A stretch of DNA of 64,000 nt from Amoebophrya sp. A120 (GCA_905178155.1 CAJINV010000001.1:1539904-1603903); one strand, 5' to 3'. Positions 33,331 to 46,769 are shown, counted from the stretch's first letter. Program-made: numbers and translations. Notes: generated by a model from the sequence alone, not told the origin.

Positions 33331-36300
33331 TCAGGGTTTTTGCTTCTTGTAGCTTGCGTTGTCATCATTTGCGTCGTCCCCATGGCCACGTTTGCTTCGC
33401 TTGGCCACACCAGTGTCATTCGTCTCGGCTGCGGCCCTGGGGGTGGACGCCGGAGACCGCATATCCTCATCGGCGTTTGCACTGCTGGCGTTGTCACTAC
33501 CTGTCGGCATTCCTATCGGTTCGTTAAGGATGTCGTCGGGGGCGCCGACATCCTGGTTAACATCCTTCGTCACGCCGCCGTTTTGGTTTTCTTCAGCTGC
33601 CGTGCCATCAATCTGTTCTTGGTCGCCATCGACATCTACTCCTGTCCCGGCCGGATCTTCGTTAATATTTCCTCTTGCGTTTTCTACTTCGTTATTCCCG
33701 TCCGCGTCTGCGTCTGCCGATTTAATAGCAGCCGCCCCCTCGCCGTCATTGGCACCAGCTGCATCTACTTGTCGAGCTTTATTCGCAGCTGCCGCCGCCT
33801 GCTGTTCCTTGAGCTTCTCAATTCTCGCTTTCTCCTCTTCCTCCTCCTGCTCCACGACCGAAATGCCCTCCGCATTCTTCCACGACTTCTGCCCGTTTTT
33901 CAGTTGGTTACTTAACGATTTTGCCAGCAATTTCATGTCTTGCCGTGCGTCCGTGCCGTCGATCTTTTTCACTAATTTCAGCAACTTCTCCCCGACCTCG
34001 CTCGTGAAAGGGAAGACCGGAACCGTCTTACTTAAAATGTTCAGCGCGTTCCGGCGGGTCAGCCAGCTTTTCGCTTTCAAAGAGCACTTCAACGACATGA
34101 AGAGAATCTTTTCCCATCTCTCCACGTGCCACCTTAAATTCTCCGCGTTGATGTACTCTTTTTGGTCCTCATTTGATGTTGTGCTACTGCTGTAGTAGTG
34201 CTTCTGCAGGCACGGATGTTGTTGTTGACCATCGAAAATCGCCTTGTCTTCCGTGAGGGAAATCGCGTTGCGGAAGAACGCGGATGCAAACACGCCCAGA
34301 ATCCGCGCCTCGTCCTCCGTGCAGGCATCCACCCGCGCCGCAATGGCGTCCACGATCTTCTGCCCCAAATCGGCAAAAATTATTCCCCAAGTCCGAGATT
34401 GCACTAACAGGTACACGAAGTTGCTGCAGAACAGCGCGTCTTCGTAGGAAAGTAAAAACCGCTTCGCGATGAATTCACTTACGAGCAACCTTGTCACCCG
34501 TTCGGAGCATTCCGTGAACCACAAGTGCTTCTCTTTCTGAATCCTGTTTCTCGTCGCATACACCCGGAGCATCTGCGAATCCCGTTCTTCCTTGAGCTTT
34601 TGTTTCATCTCCAGTTTCTCGTCGCGTTTCTGCTTCTTGGCCTCGTGCTCGGCGGCCCGCGAACTGCCGGAAGCGGTTCGGACCTTGTCCAGTTCCTCTA
34701 TCAAAAGGAAAAATCCCTCCTCCCCATATCGAAAACGAAAATTGTCATGCTGTATTTGAGGCGTGAGGCGTAACATGCTGTATTTGAGTACACAAAGACA
34801 AATCGACTTGTAATGCCAGAAAGCCAAGAGCCGCAGTTGTGGCCTCGTTTGTAGGCAATTTGTCATGCTGCTTCCCGCTTCCAGTTGCTCTCTGTCATGC
34901 TGAAGGCGCAAGGCTTTTCCACGCCAGCCAGCACTACACTCCGCATGTCTTTCCTTCTAGCATGACAAAGCTGATTTGTGACCACAAATCTGCATCACAA
35001 ATTTCCGTTTTGATATGGGGAGGGGGGATTTTCCTTCTTGATATCCTCTTTCAAATCTTTCGCGGCCCGGTCGTACGCGTTGATCGCCTTGTCGTACTGC
35101 GGTGTGCAGCTGATGTCGCTGAGTTCCAGCCGCTATGCTCTGCAAAAGTATCGTACTCGTAGCAATTGCTGGCAGGCATGACAAATATCCCGTTTTAGGT
35201 GAATCAGCATGACAATTTCCATTTCTCCTTATGGAAAAATTTGTGATGCAAGTTATACTAGTACAATTATACTTTTGCAATGCATAGCCGCCAAAAGGCG
35301 TACCGGAACACGGCGGTAATGACGGCATGGGAACTGCCAAGTTTCGACGGAAGTTTTCGGGGGACAAGCACCCCAAGTTTGTCGTTCTTCTCCTCGTTTC
35401 TTTTACCGTCGCTGTTGTACTGTTTGTTCTTGTCCGCCGTAATTGTACCGGCTCCCGAGTCACCGGCACCATCAGGATCATCGTCGTGGTCGTTCACGCT
35501 GCTGCTGTTTCTAGTGGCCGCCGCGCCAAAGGAGGCACTGAGGTCCAGCTCTTTCTGCCGCATTTCGCGTTGGAACAGGGCGCGGAGCATTAGACGCTCG
35601 GAGGACTGTTCTTCGTGGTACGGAGGCAGCGCGGGACGAATCATGGTATACGCAAACGCTGTTTCGAAATCCGCAAAGATACCTGAGAGAGTTGTGTGTA
35701 TTAATATCAATCTATGATCGTGGGTGGATTGAGTACGGAAAATTAGAAACCGAAGTCACTTCGTTCGGTCCTGAAGTAGATCATGGCTCTTTTGGTTCTG
35801 GTTTTGAAGAGTTCATTTCACAAACAAAGAGTGTTGATCTCGAAGCAAGTATAAATAAATTGTACCTGCCAAATTGTTCGGCAATAGCGCTCCGTACTCC
35901 GCCGGCAGCAAACTTCGGCCCAAAAACTGCGTGAGACTCATCAAACACTGGTGCGTTTGGTCGTACAAGTACCCCACTTTTTTCAAATTGCTGACAAACC
36001 TTGCCCCCCGCTGCAATAACTTCATCCTCTGCAGCACCTTGGACAGATTTTGGTCGCTGGTCGTCGCGCGGCGCATCAGCCCGAGGGATCGCCAGAACCG
36101 CTGCACCAGCCCCGTTTGCTGCAGGGTGCGGACCAGCGTCTGTTGGGCTTTCGGGTCGGCCTTGATCGTGTCGTTGCTGCTGTCGAATTGGACATTCTGC
36201 GTGTAGATGTTCTCCGTCCGGAGCAAAACCCCGCCGGAGAGGGATTCCAACTGCAAGTCCGACAATTCCGTAACATACGACCACGCACCCATATTCGCCA

Positions 36301-39300
36301 CCAAGTCCGTTACGAGAATCTGCAACAACGAATTCCCGAAAGATTCGGCGTTCAGCCCCTGCAGTGCGTGGCTTTCGATGAAGTCCGCCACGGCCTGGAG
36401 AATCAGGGCCACGTCGGTTTCCGGGTGCATCGCGAAGAACAGGGACAGCCACTTCGACAAGTTCTGGAGCCAGCCCTGGATGTTGACGCCCTCGCTGAGG
36501 AGGGATTTGCTACCGGCACTTTTGGTTTTGTTCTTCGCGAACAAAATCCGGTCGAAGCACTCCTGAATCACCACGAACGCCGCCACGTCCGCGCCGAACA
36601 GACCCACCTTGCGGGTCATCGCGAGGATGGGCACAATCATGTTGTCGTTGTACGAGGGCGCGATCTGGTCCACGATCGCCTGGAATACGACTAAGGGGTT
36701 AGAGTCCGCCAACCGCGCGGTGTGATACACGAGCAAATTCGCCAGGGCCTCGCTGCCATCGCCACCCTCGGTCGCGGTGGACCCCGCGGCGGCTGCTGCA
36801 CCGCCGGCCTTGGCTTTGCCTGGGAGGTGGGTTTCACTTTTGATGGTCGACAAAATTCATATGCAAGATTCAGTTCGAGGAGTACCTCTTCCTCTAAAGA
36901 AATAAACGAAATACGAGAAAAATGATCTTCGGAAGTTATCTATTTCTGTACCTAAGCTGGCACTTCCTGTAGCTCGTTTCAGCGTATTCTGCACTTTCCT
37001 CTGCATGCGTTTTTCCACCAGTGGAAGCGGCAGGACCTTTTTGTATGCGCCGGTCCACAGCTGGTACACGCGCCACCGGCAGGCCCCGGGCAAGCTGGAC
37101 AAGCAGGTCCACATCGCTGCTAAGAGCTCTTCCGACATGCTGTGAATCATCGAACACGCGGGGAGGAGTGCGCCATTCAGCAGGGCCACGAGCCGCGGGT
37201 CGGAGACCAGCACGTTCCGGGCCTGTGTGCTCCACGATTGGGCTGCAGAGCTCGATGTCGTACCACTAGACGTCGTACCCGTACCTCCGCCCTGCTGCAG
37301 CATACCACTCCCATAGGACAAGTCCCACTCTAGGTATTGGAGGTAACTGCGGGTCAGCTTCCACAGGATTTCCAACAGTTTCGGCTCCTGGTGAAGCGCC
37401 GGCTGCAGGTACTTCATCACTGGTCCAATAGCGGATAAGAAGTCCTTGATATGCGTGCACTGCTGTAAACCAACAACTGTGCTGGTGGTTGAGGATTGTG
37501 CACCGCCGGGTCTAGCAGATGTCGTGGAAGCCGCATTTGGTCCCTTAATATTTCCACCCCGTCCACCAGACCGGACCACGTCGAGTTCTTTTCGCGTGTA
37601 CAGCTGCGCGCTGGTGGACAGCCACCCACCGTTCTCGCGTTGATCGAAAAATTTGGACGCCCCATAAGAACTGTTGAGTTTGCGCTTGATTTCCGCAGAA
37701 TCGTTCTCCTGTAGTTGCACTTCTTTCAGCGAGAAACCGAGCGCTTTTGCGAGTTCCCGAACTAAAATCCCGTAACGGACAAAATCCGGGTTCCATCCTT
37801 TGAGGACCTTGATGTTCTGGAGCTGTTGCTCCTTTCCCTGCAACCTAAGGACTGCCGCGAGCTTGCGCAAAATGCGGGCGGTGTAAGAACTGGCCTTGTC
37901 GTTCGGTTTTGGTGAGCGAGACGTTGTTTTGATCGTCTTAGGCGATGGCTTGCTCCGCACGTCGAGCACAGCTGCGAGGCATCCCAGCACTAAACTCGAT
38001 CCCCGGTTGGGCCTGGTGTCTTTGGCAGCGGCTTCTTGCTCTCGCAGCGAAGTAACCGCTCGAATCACGGCACGCAAGACGCCGAGCGGAGTCGCCGCCG
38101 AGTTCGCGTGGTCCTCGTTATGGAGGTGGTCCTGCGATGCGTGCGTGCGCAGGACGTGTACCAGAGGCTTGATTTGCGCGCGCACCCGCTTTTGCAGCAG
38201 CAAAAAACTTCGCCTCCGCAATGCCTGCGCGTTCTCGAGCGACACAGTGGTTGGTAGAGATGAACTACCGTTCATTCCGGATACGACGTTGTGTGCTGAA
38301 CTACTATAATTCCCGTTGCCAACACCGAACCGCAGAAATTTTTGAAACTGCCGGTCGTACCCGGTCAAGCAAGCGTCTAGTTCCGGAAGTGGTTGCCATT
38401 TGTCCCACACCACCTGGAATTCCTCGCCCTCCTCCTCTTCCAGCATAGTACCTGGTGCAAAAGTGTTGTAGGCAGCAGCTCCGCGAGCACCTCCTGCCGC
38501 ACGTGTTGCCGCGGCTGCTGCTGCACCCCCGTGATGAAGATGATGTGTACCACCACCGCCCATCATGCCGCTAGGATGTTGTTGTAGTTGCGCAGCTGCC
38601 TCGGCGTGTAACGGCGCCAAGCATGCGTCAAAACAGGCCGCCTCGTCGTGCCAGGCGGGGTCGAGCTGGTACTGTCGGACTAATGGGTCCAGCACCCAGA
38701 GCAGCAGTGTGGCCAACTCGTTGCGCACCATGGGCACCGCACTGGCACCCTGGCCGCCCATCTTCTCCAGCAGACACTGCGCGCGGCGCCAGTCGTTCAA
38801 GGCCAGGAAGCCGCGCAGCAGGCGCAACTGCGGCGTGTCGAATAATTGCGCTTTCTCCAACACCAGCTCGTACGCGCGTTCCTTCTCCTCGTCTCGGTTG
38901 ATGCTCTGCATTTGCTTCAACGACTCATCGTGGGCGCTTTCCAGCTGTTGCACGAAAGCTGTGCCGAGAAAGGACGCGTCGTCGACCAGAGGTGGTGTTT
39001 GGTTTTTAGTAGTACCTCCATGTGCAGCTCCTTGTCCTTTCGCGGCTGCACCTCCAACGGCATGAACCCCCGGCCTCGGTTTTTTTCCGGGAATCACCAC
39101 ACCTTCCAGCTCCTCGGCATGGGACAGTTGGCATGGCAACATACTCCACGCGCGATCCTCGTCCAACAGACCCACCTGAATCAGGTACGCGATGGCCGTA
39201 AAATCGACCCCGCGGCGCAGCTCCAACACCTTCTTCCGACAGTCGCTGAGGGTCTCGTAGGATTTGAGAATTTCCATGCGGAACCGAGTCACCTATCAAA

Positions 39301-41705
39301 GTGAAAAATCCCCCCACGCCATACTCAAACTAGAAATTTGTGATGCAGATTTGTGGCCACAAATCAGCTTTGTCATGCTAGAAGGGAAAAGATGCGGACT
39401 GTAGTGCTGGTTGGCGTGGGAAAGCCTTGCATCTTCAGCATGACAGGGGGCAGCTGGAAGTGGGAAACAGCATGACAAATTGCCTGGAAACGAGGCCGCA
39501 GCTGCGTCTCTTGGCCTTCTAGCATTACAAGTGGATTTGTGTACTCAAATACAGCATCACAAATTTCGTTTTCGATATGGGGAGGGGGGATTTTTCCTTT
39601 TGATATCACCTCCTGCAACTTCTTCCCGGCGTCCTCTTTCGCCTTCTGGGTGTTCCGCTCCGCCTCCTTGGTCATGCGCTCCGCCTCCCGGTAGTGCGCG
39701 CGGCTGGCCTGGTGCTTGCGGTCGCGCTCCTTTTCCTCCACCGTCTGTTGCTCCTGCCGGGCGGCTTCCCACTTCTTCTCGGCGTCCCGCAGCCGGCGCT
39801 GCTGCTCGCTGTACTGGGAAACTTTGTGGCGGTAGGCTTCCTCCATGAGGGGTAGCTGTTCGCGGAAGAAGTAGTCCAGTCGAAACTGCACGATGTCGGC
39901 GATCCGCTGCCGGGGCACGAGGGATTGTAGCAGTTTCGCGATAACGCCGGCCATGCGGACGATGGCGCTGTAGTCGTAGAAGCCGCCGCAGTTGGCGCCG
40001 TGTTGCTCCACCGGGATCTTGCGGTTCCTCAGCAGACGCGCGAACTCCTGGCCCTGGATGTCGAAGGGGAGCCGGTACGACGAGAGGATGAAGGACAAGT
40101 GGTCTAAAAGCACGCAGGTGACGCGGCCCAAATCGAGACAGTGGGCGCCACAGTGAGCGTGGATCTGCGCCATTACGTCCTTCTCGGTCAGGCGGGCGGG
40201 GAGCTTCAGCAGTGTGGGGCGGTTTTCGAGGAGGGACAGCAACTTCGTGTAGATCTGTTGCCCCGGTTTAGTACTATCATTGTTGTCCACCTGCTGGTGC
40301 TGCGTCTGTGCCGCGTTACCAGGACCATGATCGTCGAAAGAAACCGCACAGGCCCGTTTTTGGACAATGTCCAGTAACTTCCGGTTCAAGCCTCGGCGGA
40401 TTTCGTGTGCGATAGTCTTCCCTTGCTGCTCTTCGCGGCTTTGTCTTTCCCAATCGGGCGTCGCCACGTACAGCAACTGGCGAATCAGGATCAACAATTC
40501 AGCGTAGCCCGCGGTGTTTTCTCGGAACAGCGTACAGCGGCTGTGGGTGTACCTTTCCTTCGTGCGCATCTGGTTCTTCTTGCGGCCAACCAGCGTTTTC
40601 GCGGCCAGTTGGGTTGGCAGCATGTCCACCGCGTCCAGGGCGGCCACACAACTCACGCGATCAACGACTTTGTACTTTACCGCAGCAAGGACAAAAGCGT
40701 CGAAGTTGGCGTGATGAGGATGTTGCGGCGCACCCTTTTTCGCATCTACCTTCGGGAGAAAGGACGGGGCCGCTTGAATCTGGTCTTGCACCGCTTTGCG
40801 CTTGCTTGCCAGGCTGACGCTCTGCACTCTCGCGCGCCGGATTTCCGCTTGCAATGCTCGAAGTTTATTTCGGACCTGGAGTTCGAGTTTGATATTGATC
40901 GTCAGAGATTAATATCTTGGTGTACATGGTTCAGGTTCCTTCTACTAGATCCTCTGTCGCGGATCGGGCTCAAGTAGTAGTAGATCGAAAAACGGTATGC
41001 ACATAGGTGCTCGTGCTGCTGCTGGTGGAAAACAAAAACGAGAACTGAAACGAAAACTTGATCTTCAATGAGAGAATGACATACCTTCTCCTCCACCTGT
41101 CCTTTTTCATCTGTTGGCGAAGATGCGACACCAGCTTGGTCTCCCGCACTGACCACTTCTTCTGGCTGCTCCACCAGCGCATCCCGGATGGGGTCACATT
41201 GAAACTGGAGCTGGCCCTCGTGCTCGAGCACAAATTGCAGTAACTGAATGCCACACACGACCGGGAGGTGGTCAAACGTGACGGCCCGGAGGATTTCTCC
41301 GACATAAGCGGAGAACTTTCGCAGGTTCGTGACCGTAAACGCAAATTTCTGCTTCTGCTCCTCGAAGACCTCAGGCCAACAATCCCTCTCATTCAACAGC
41401 TTTTTCTTCTCCACTGCCTCCAGCTTCAGGTACCGGAAGTGTTTCTTGTTCGACAGAAAGGTGGAGAAGGCGTCCTGCGGGCCAAGGTTGGCGGCTGCTA
41501 GCGCCTGGTTGTCGGAGGTACTACTGTTGCCGGGTTTATTTGCACCGCCGCTAGTTGTGCCGCTGGTGCCTCCCTTCTGCACCTGCTGGGCTCGTCGCTG
41601 GTCCGGCTCATTCTTGCTATTTCCGGTTGACACTGGGTTCGGGTTCGGCTTACTTTTCTTCGCCGGCGGCTGATCCCGGTCATCGGTGTTGCCACTACTC
41701 GGCAT
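33331..41705 (-). CDS. THOC2: THO complex subunit 2-like protein, ~2341 aa; exons 41705-41085, 40875-39606, 39288-36952, 36819-35866, 35682-35287, 35128-35044, 34693-33331
   Basis: THOC2-like motifs TLFRENTAGYAEL, LDLGRV..VLLD, LADSNP...YNDNMIVP, WLQNLSKW, YAFWRLELSDI, LSYEDALFCSNFV, RRNALNILSK...FP. Three GT-AG introns plus three introners give 7026 nt. Confidence 0.85.
34699..35043. mobile_element. Introner family D (body D1)
   Basis: TATCAAAAGGAAAAATCCCTCCTCCCCATATC...GATATGGGGAGGGGGGATTTTCCTTCTTGATA; direct repeat TCCTC/TCCTC; junction DLKE|ELDK. Confidence 0.93.
35134..35286. mobile_element. Introner family B
   Basis: TATGCTCTGCAAAAGTAT...ATACTTTTGCAATGCATA; direct repeat GCCGC/GCCGC; junction YAFWR|LELSDI. 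Confidence 0.93.
39294..39605. mobile_element. Introner family D (body D1, inverted relative to 34699)
   Basis: TATCAAAGTGAAAAATCCCCCC...GGGGGGATTTTTCCTTTTGATA; direct repeat TCACC/TCACC; junction LQEV|TRFR. Confidence 0.93.
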
Positions 41706-42592
41706 TTTTTTTATTTCTGGTAGTTTGTGCTATCAGTCGCTAGGAGAGGTAAAGATCGATGTGATCTTGGGGTACTTACATATCGCTATTCAAAGAAACA
41801 TACTTAAATTCGTTCTCGTTCTTGCTACAACTACCATGATCTCAAAAAGTAAAATGTTGTTTCATCGCTGATTCGACTTTAAGCTTGCTAGATCAAGCGT
41901 CAGCACATTCGGCTATCATGGCGGATCCGATTGGGAAACGGAGAGAGAAAGGATCGGTAGAGGTGAATGCGCATGGGCATGATCACACAAGAAACATCAT
42001 ATAGAAGATCTTGTTCGATGTACGATCTTTCTCTGCCGTCTTCTTGAACAAGCTAAAGCTGTTTATGTTTCGCGTACTGACATTCGCTATGGCTGCTATG
42101 GGAACAACAAACATCAATATCAAAAATGCCGGGTGAAAGTAAAGTTTTATTTTTCTACTTCGATGCTTCTTCACATTCCATATACACAGTCGTGGAAAAG
42201 AAACAAGATTCGCATTGGTCATGGCCAAATCGTTTCGAGCGGTGCAGAAATTACGACGCGTCTATCAATCGAAATTATGTACAGGGCGTGTTCGTATACT
42301 AGTAGATCATACAACACATACAGCTTTATTCAAATCGAGCTTAGCGAAATTCGAAGAAGGAAATCACTTGTAACATCTCGCGTGACACCGCCACAGGTAA
42401 AAGATCATCAGTCGTTCATATCGTTTTCAGAAGAGTGCTGCTTGCTAAGCAGCTCCATGTCATGAAGAACAAGAGTTTTTTGCAACTTGTTCTCTACGCT
42501 TTTAATTGATTCAAAAAAGTATAGTAGTCATCAACTACATGTAGATCTAGAATTACACTCGTAGAACTCGAGTGCACTACTTCTACATCTCC

Positions 42593-45500
42593 TTAGCTCA
42601 AACTCCCTACGGGAAACACCTTCAAGATTTTTCGGCCCGTGTCCCGCTCCACCCCCTGCCTACGCAGTCGCCCGACGAGTTCTGTCACGGACCCCCGGTT
42701 CAACCCTAGATCGTTCACCAGGGCAATCGGAACCACCTCGCCTTCGTCGTGAAATTCGATGTCGATGATGTGGGGTTGCAGACAGTTCGGGTGAATTTCC
42801 GGCGTACGGATCCACACTGCGTCCAGGGTGCGCTTCAGTTCCTTCTCGCCGAAGAGCTCCGCGTGGATCTGGTGTGAGTTTTATTCTGTGCCAGCAGAGT
42901 GTCTAGTTGTGGAACCAAGAGAAATATTACGAGGGTAGTTAGCTCTTTACCGCTCATATCACCGCGCTAAGCAGGGGCTAAACAGAAAAAAACATGAAGA
43001 CAAACCTATAGAACAAGTATAGATCAAAAGGACAACTATAGATACCGTGTAATATTGCACGAAGCGATCCTTGGTTAGAATCCCCGTCCGGTCATCGACC
43101 CCATCGAAACTTTGCAGGAACTCGTCCCGCACCGCCAACGCGGAGAGTTGCTCGCTCGTCACCCGGGGATCGTGCCGCGGATGGAAGTAGCTTTTCACCT
43201 CGGGCAAGGTCAGGTATTGGCGAGAAGTGGTACTTTTCGAAGAAGAAGAATTACCCGTCGGAAGTTGTGGCAGCAACCGGTCGAAGGTTTCCTCTAGAAT
43301 CTTTTTCGCCACGGGCATCAGCTGCGGTCGCAGCGCTACGAGCAGCGCCTCGTAGTCGACGAATTGCTCCTGGAATCCATCTGCTTCTGTGCGCTGGCCC
43401 ACGGAGAACGCGGAGGAGACGCGGTTCAAATCCGTCGCGGAGAATTCGCTGGGCGGAAAACACTGCCGTAAATTGCTCTGCGCCACGGCCTGGGGCAGCA
43501 ACCCGGAATCTTCGGGGTCGTCTTGGCGCAGTGACCGTGCCAACCGGCCAAATTCCATCACCGGGTTGTGCCGCTGGTGCAGACTGGACGGACGCAACAG
43601 GAAGCTGCGCATCTTCCCGAGTTGATTGCGCGTGTGCAGCGGGAGCCGCATCACGCGGTCAAGCCTTTGTTGGGAAGCAGCCTGGTCCGCCGCTTGCTGC
43701 TTCTGAGCGAGAGAATTGTACTCGCTCTGCACAGGGTCTGCTGGTTTATTTTCGTAGTTCCCATTTCCATTTGTTCTGGTAGATGTGGAAGCTGAAGCAT
43801 TCATCCGTTGTGTCTGTGTCAAGCTTCCCCCGCTGACGTGCTTGTGCAAAGCATCCGCCCCTGCGTTGGTGCCGTAGCGCACTTTGGTGTTCAAATGATG
43901 CTGCCGTGGGTCGGTCGTGAAAGTCTCTGGGTAGTCCGTCACGGCCCACCCGTGTCTCTTCCCGCCCTGCTGCCAATGCGGAAACACGCCGAGCGGTTCG
44001 CGCGCCGGTGGGTGGCCGGGGAGGTGCCGGTTCTCGGTGTGCCCGGCGTCCGGCCGGTGGTACGCTTCCTGGTACCGGGGCTCGGTTTTCAGCTGTTCCG
44101 GGTAGTTTTTCCGGAACAAGTTCCCCAGACTGGCGCGCGCTTGATTTTCCCGAAAACACTCGTTGGTCGCCTGGTACTCGTGCTTGGCCCGCTCCTGCAG
44201 CGCCGCAGGTATTTGCGTCGTGGTCGTACGGCTTGAAGGAGCAAAGCGCCCATCCCCTTCGCCGTTCGGCCCCGGCGCGGCGCCGTTCAATGCGCCGGCC
44301 AGTGGAAAGGGCAGTAAGGCCTGCTTGCCCCCGTCGGCAGTCAAATGCAAATATGTCTCGGTCGGGAAGAATGCTAAATTTCTCATGCATATTTTCCATG
44401 CCCTTGCCCCATGAGGTCCGGAATGCAGGACCTACCATGACAGGTTTTGCGGAGTCTCTACCATGCCTATCCTGCATGACAAACTGCCTCTGAAAAACTT
44501 GTTCAAAAGTGGACAGCTTTTGGTAATTATGCAAAACAAGTTCTTGATGTAGTTCGTTGTACGATCCAGACTTAGCATGACAAGTTCGCGTCCTTCCAGA
44601 CCTAGACATATTTGCAATGCATATCGGAGTTGCGGTAGTGCACCGCCTCGTCCTGGTCCTGTGGGCGCGCGCCGGCCGGGAGTTTCTTCCTCGAATCGTA
44701 CCCAGACATCCGGTTGTACACGCTCTTGTTGTGGCGCTGGGCGGCCAGAAAGTCGTCCAAATGCGCGTGGTGGTGGTCCAAACCCTCCTGTTCCAGCTCC
44801 GCCTCCTCCGCGGATAGAGGTTGGCCCCCGTCGTTTTGTGTACCATTAAATACTCCTTCATCCCTCCCCTCCTGCCGGTGCTGCAAGGTATCTCCCGTTT
44901 CGCTGTAGACGTCAAAATGCCTTCGCCCTCGTTCGCCCCCGTGACAGCCCGGAATGTAGTCGGAAACCTTTGTGCGGTGCCCGAACATGGTCTCTTGCTG
45001 CAGATTTTTATAGGCCGCACCGCTGTCCTTCTGCAAAATTTTCTCGTAGTTTTCCCGCGACCCTCCGACCTGCGCGCCCTTGTGCGGCCCGAGAAAGTCC
45101 TTTTCCGGCACCCCGTCGTGGTGGCTGTGCACGTCGATGCTGTGCTGCAAGTGCGGGTACCGGCCCATCCCGCGCTTCCCGCCGCGCTGCTTCAACATCT
45201 GGGCGGATTCTTTTGCGATCGCCGGGTCGTCATGACTGTTGGAGAACCGGTTGTGGAAGGAACTGTAGTCCGGCACGGCACTAATCCGCTCCCCCGCCGC
45301 TTGGAAGTTGTGCTTTCGTTCCGCGTGGTCCACGTCGTTTTTGCCCGCTTCCCCAAAGTGCACGTGATCCACCATGGCAGTGGCCCGGTCGCCAAGAAAG
45401 TGCTTCCGCTCCAAGTGGTCGAGATCATTCGGACCCCCGACCGTGTCCTTGAAATTTATGTGGTCTGCCATTTGCCGGCTGGTGTTGGAGTAGTGCTTCT

Positions 45501-46170
45501 TTTCGGTGTGGTCGTGCGGGACCGGCCCACTAGCTCCGAACTCTACGTGATCAACCGCCGCGCTGCCGTAATGCTTTTTCCCGTGGTGCGACATGTAGTC
45601 AATACCCCCTTGCTCCTCCTCTTCGTCGCGCCACGCTTCCAGAATCGGGTTGTTGGTTGTATGCCAATTCCCATCAACCCCCCTTCGGATCCGCCGGTGC
45701 GCCTGGTCGTGCGCCTGGCGCTGGCAGATTCCCGCGGCGAGGCCGTGCTTCTCGATGAAGGTTTTCCTCCCCTTCGCGTGCGGGTCGGTCTCTTCTGGCA
45801 CCGGGGCGTCGTGCTGGAGACAGGAGGCCATGTGGTCGGAGGCATAGTAGATCCCGTGGTGGTGCGGGTCAATGTCGTCCACGATGCCGATTTGAACCCC
45901 GCTTTTGTCAAAAATCGGCCGGGACGCGATGTTGTTCCCGGTCCTTTTTCCCGCATGGTGCACCTTGTGCTCCTCGCGCCGCTGCTTGTAGTCGGAGTGC
46001 AAAAACTTCTCCGTCGCCTCGGGGTTTTTCCGCGTGGTTTGCAGCGCAATGGGGTCCACTTGCTGCTCTTTGTGGTTGGGGTTCGCGAACAACACCGGCT
46101 GCGTTCTCGCGCGCTCGCCCGCGGCGACCCCGCGGTCGGCCAGCGAATGAGGACGGGTTTTCGGAAACAT
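42593..46170 (-). CDS. His-rich repeat protein with C-terminal calcyphosin-like (degenerate EF-hand) region, ~1036 aa; exons 46170-44624, 44333-43046, 42868-42593
   Basis: HDPRVTSEQLSALAVRDEFLQSFDG...LTKDRFVQYYT|IHAEL...LDAVW resembles the calcyphosin C-terminus; one introner and one GT-AG intron. Start codon uncertain. Confidence 0.65.
44339..44623. mobile_element. Introner family A, diverged; one terminal TAT replaced by AGT
   Basis: AGTCAAATGCAAATATGTCTCGGTCGGGAAG...CTTCCAGACCTAGACATATTTGCAATGCATA; direct repeat TCGGC/TCGGA; junction YRNS|DGGK. Confidence 0.88.
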
Positions 46171-46769
46171 GTGGTGGACAACACGACAGAGAGGAGCAAA
46201 ACAGACGGTCGCTTCGAAGTAGTTCCTACAATAGAAGAAGGTCAAAAGAAGCAAGATCCCATTAGTGTAGGCTCGTTCAAAGAAAAACCATATTTCTATG
46301 GACTTCTTGGCTCCTCAAGAGTTTTAGGCGAGGCCACTTATCAATTAATACGTCGTTTTTTTTCGGCCTCGGCAAAAACGACATCAGAAAGCTTATTACA
46401 CACATCAGTCACGATACGGTGGATTGCGAATGAACGAATGAGAGAGAAGACTACGACAGACATGCAAATGCGCATGGGCATGCGTAAGCGTATGGACCCT
46501 ACACGGACACGATTGACGACACGAATTATTCCACACATGTTTTTTCCACGACTACAAAGACGACCCAGAGTTTGTTTACATACGACAATGAACACGAGCA
46601 TGTGCATGCAGGAGCTGCAGCTACAGCTTGCGCTGCAACTCGGACCGATTATGCAACGAGCGACAAGATGAACACAACGTCCGGCCTTGCTTGGTAGCGT
46701 AAACGGTCACGCGTTTTGCTTGCGGGATGGCTGCGAACTTTCCACGCGGGTTTTTTGTTTGAGTAGTGC

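Noticed and set aside
36857-36859. In-frame TGA between two THOC2 ORFs as readthrough or selenocysteine
   Set aside because: A 132-nt GT-AG intron (36951-36820) removes it.
44821-46671. 616-aa plus-strand ORF
   Set aside because: Antisense shadow of the minus-strand His-rich gene; no recognisable domain.
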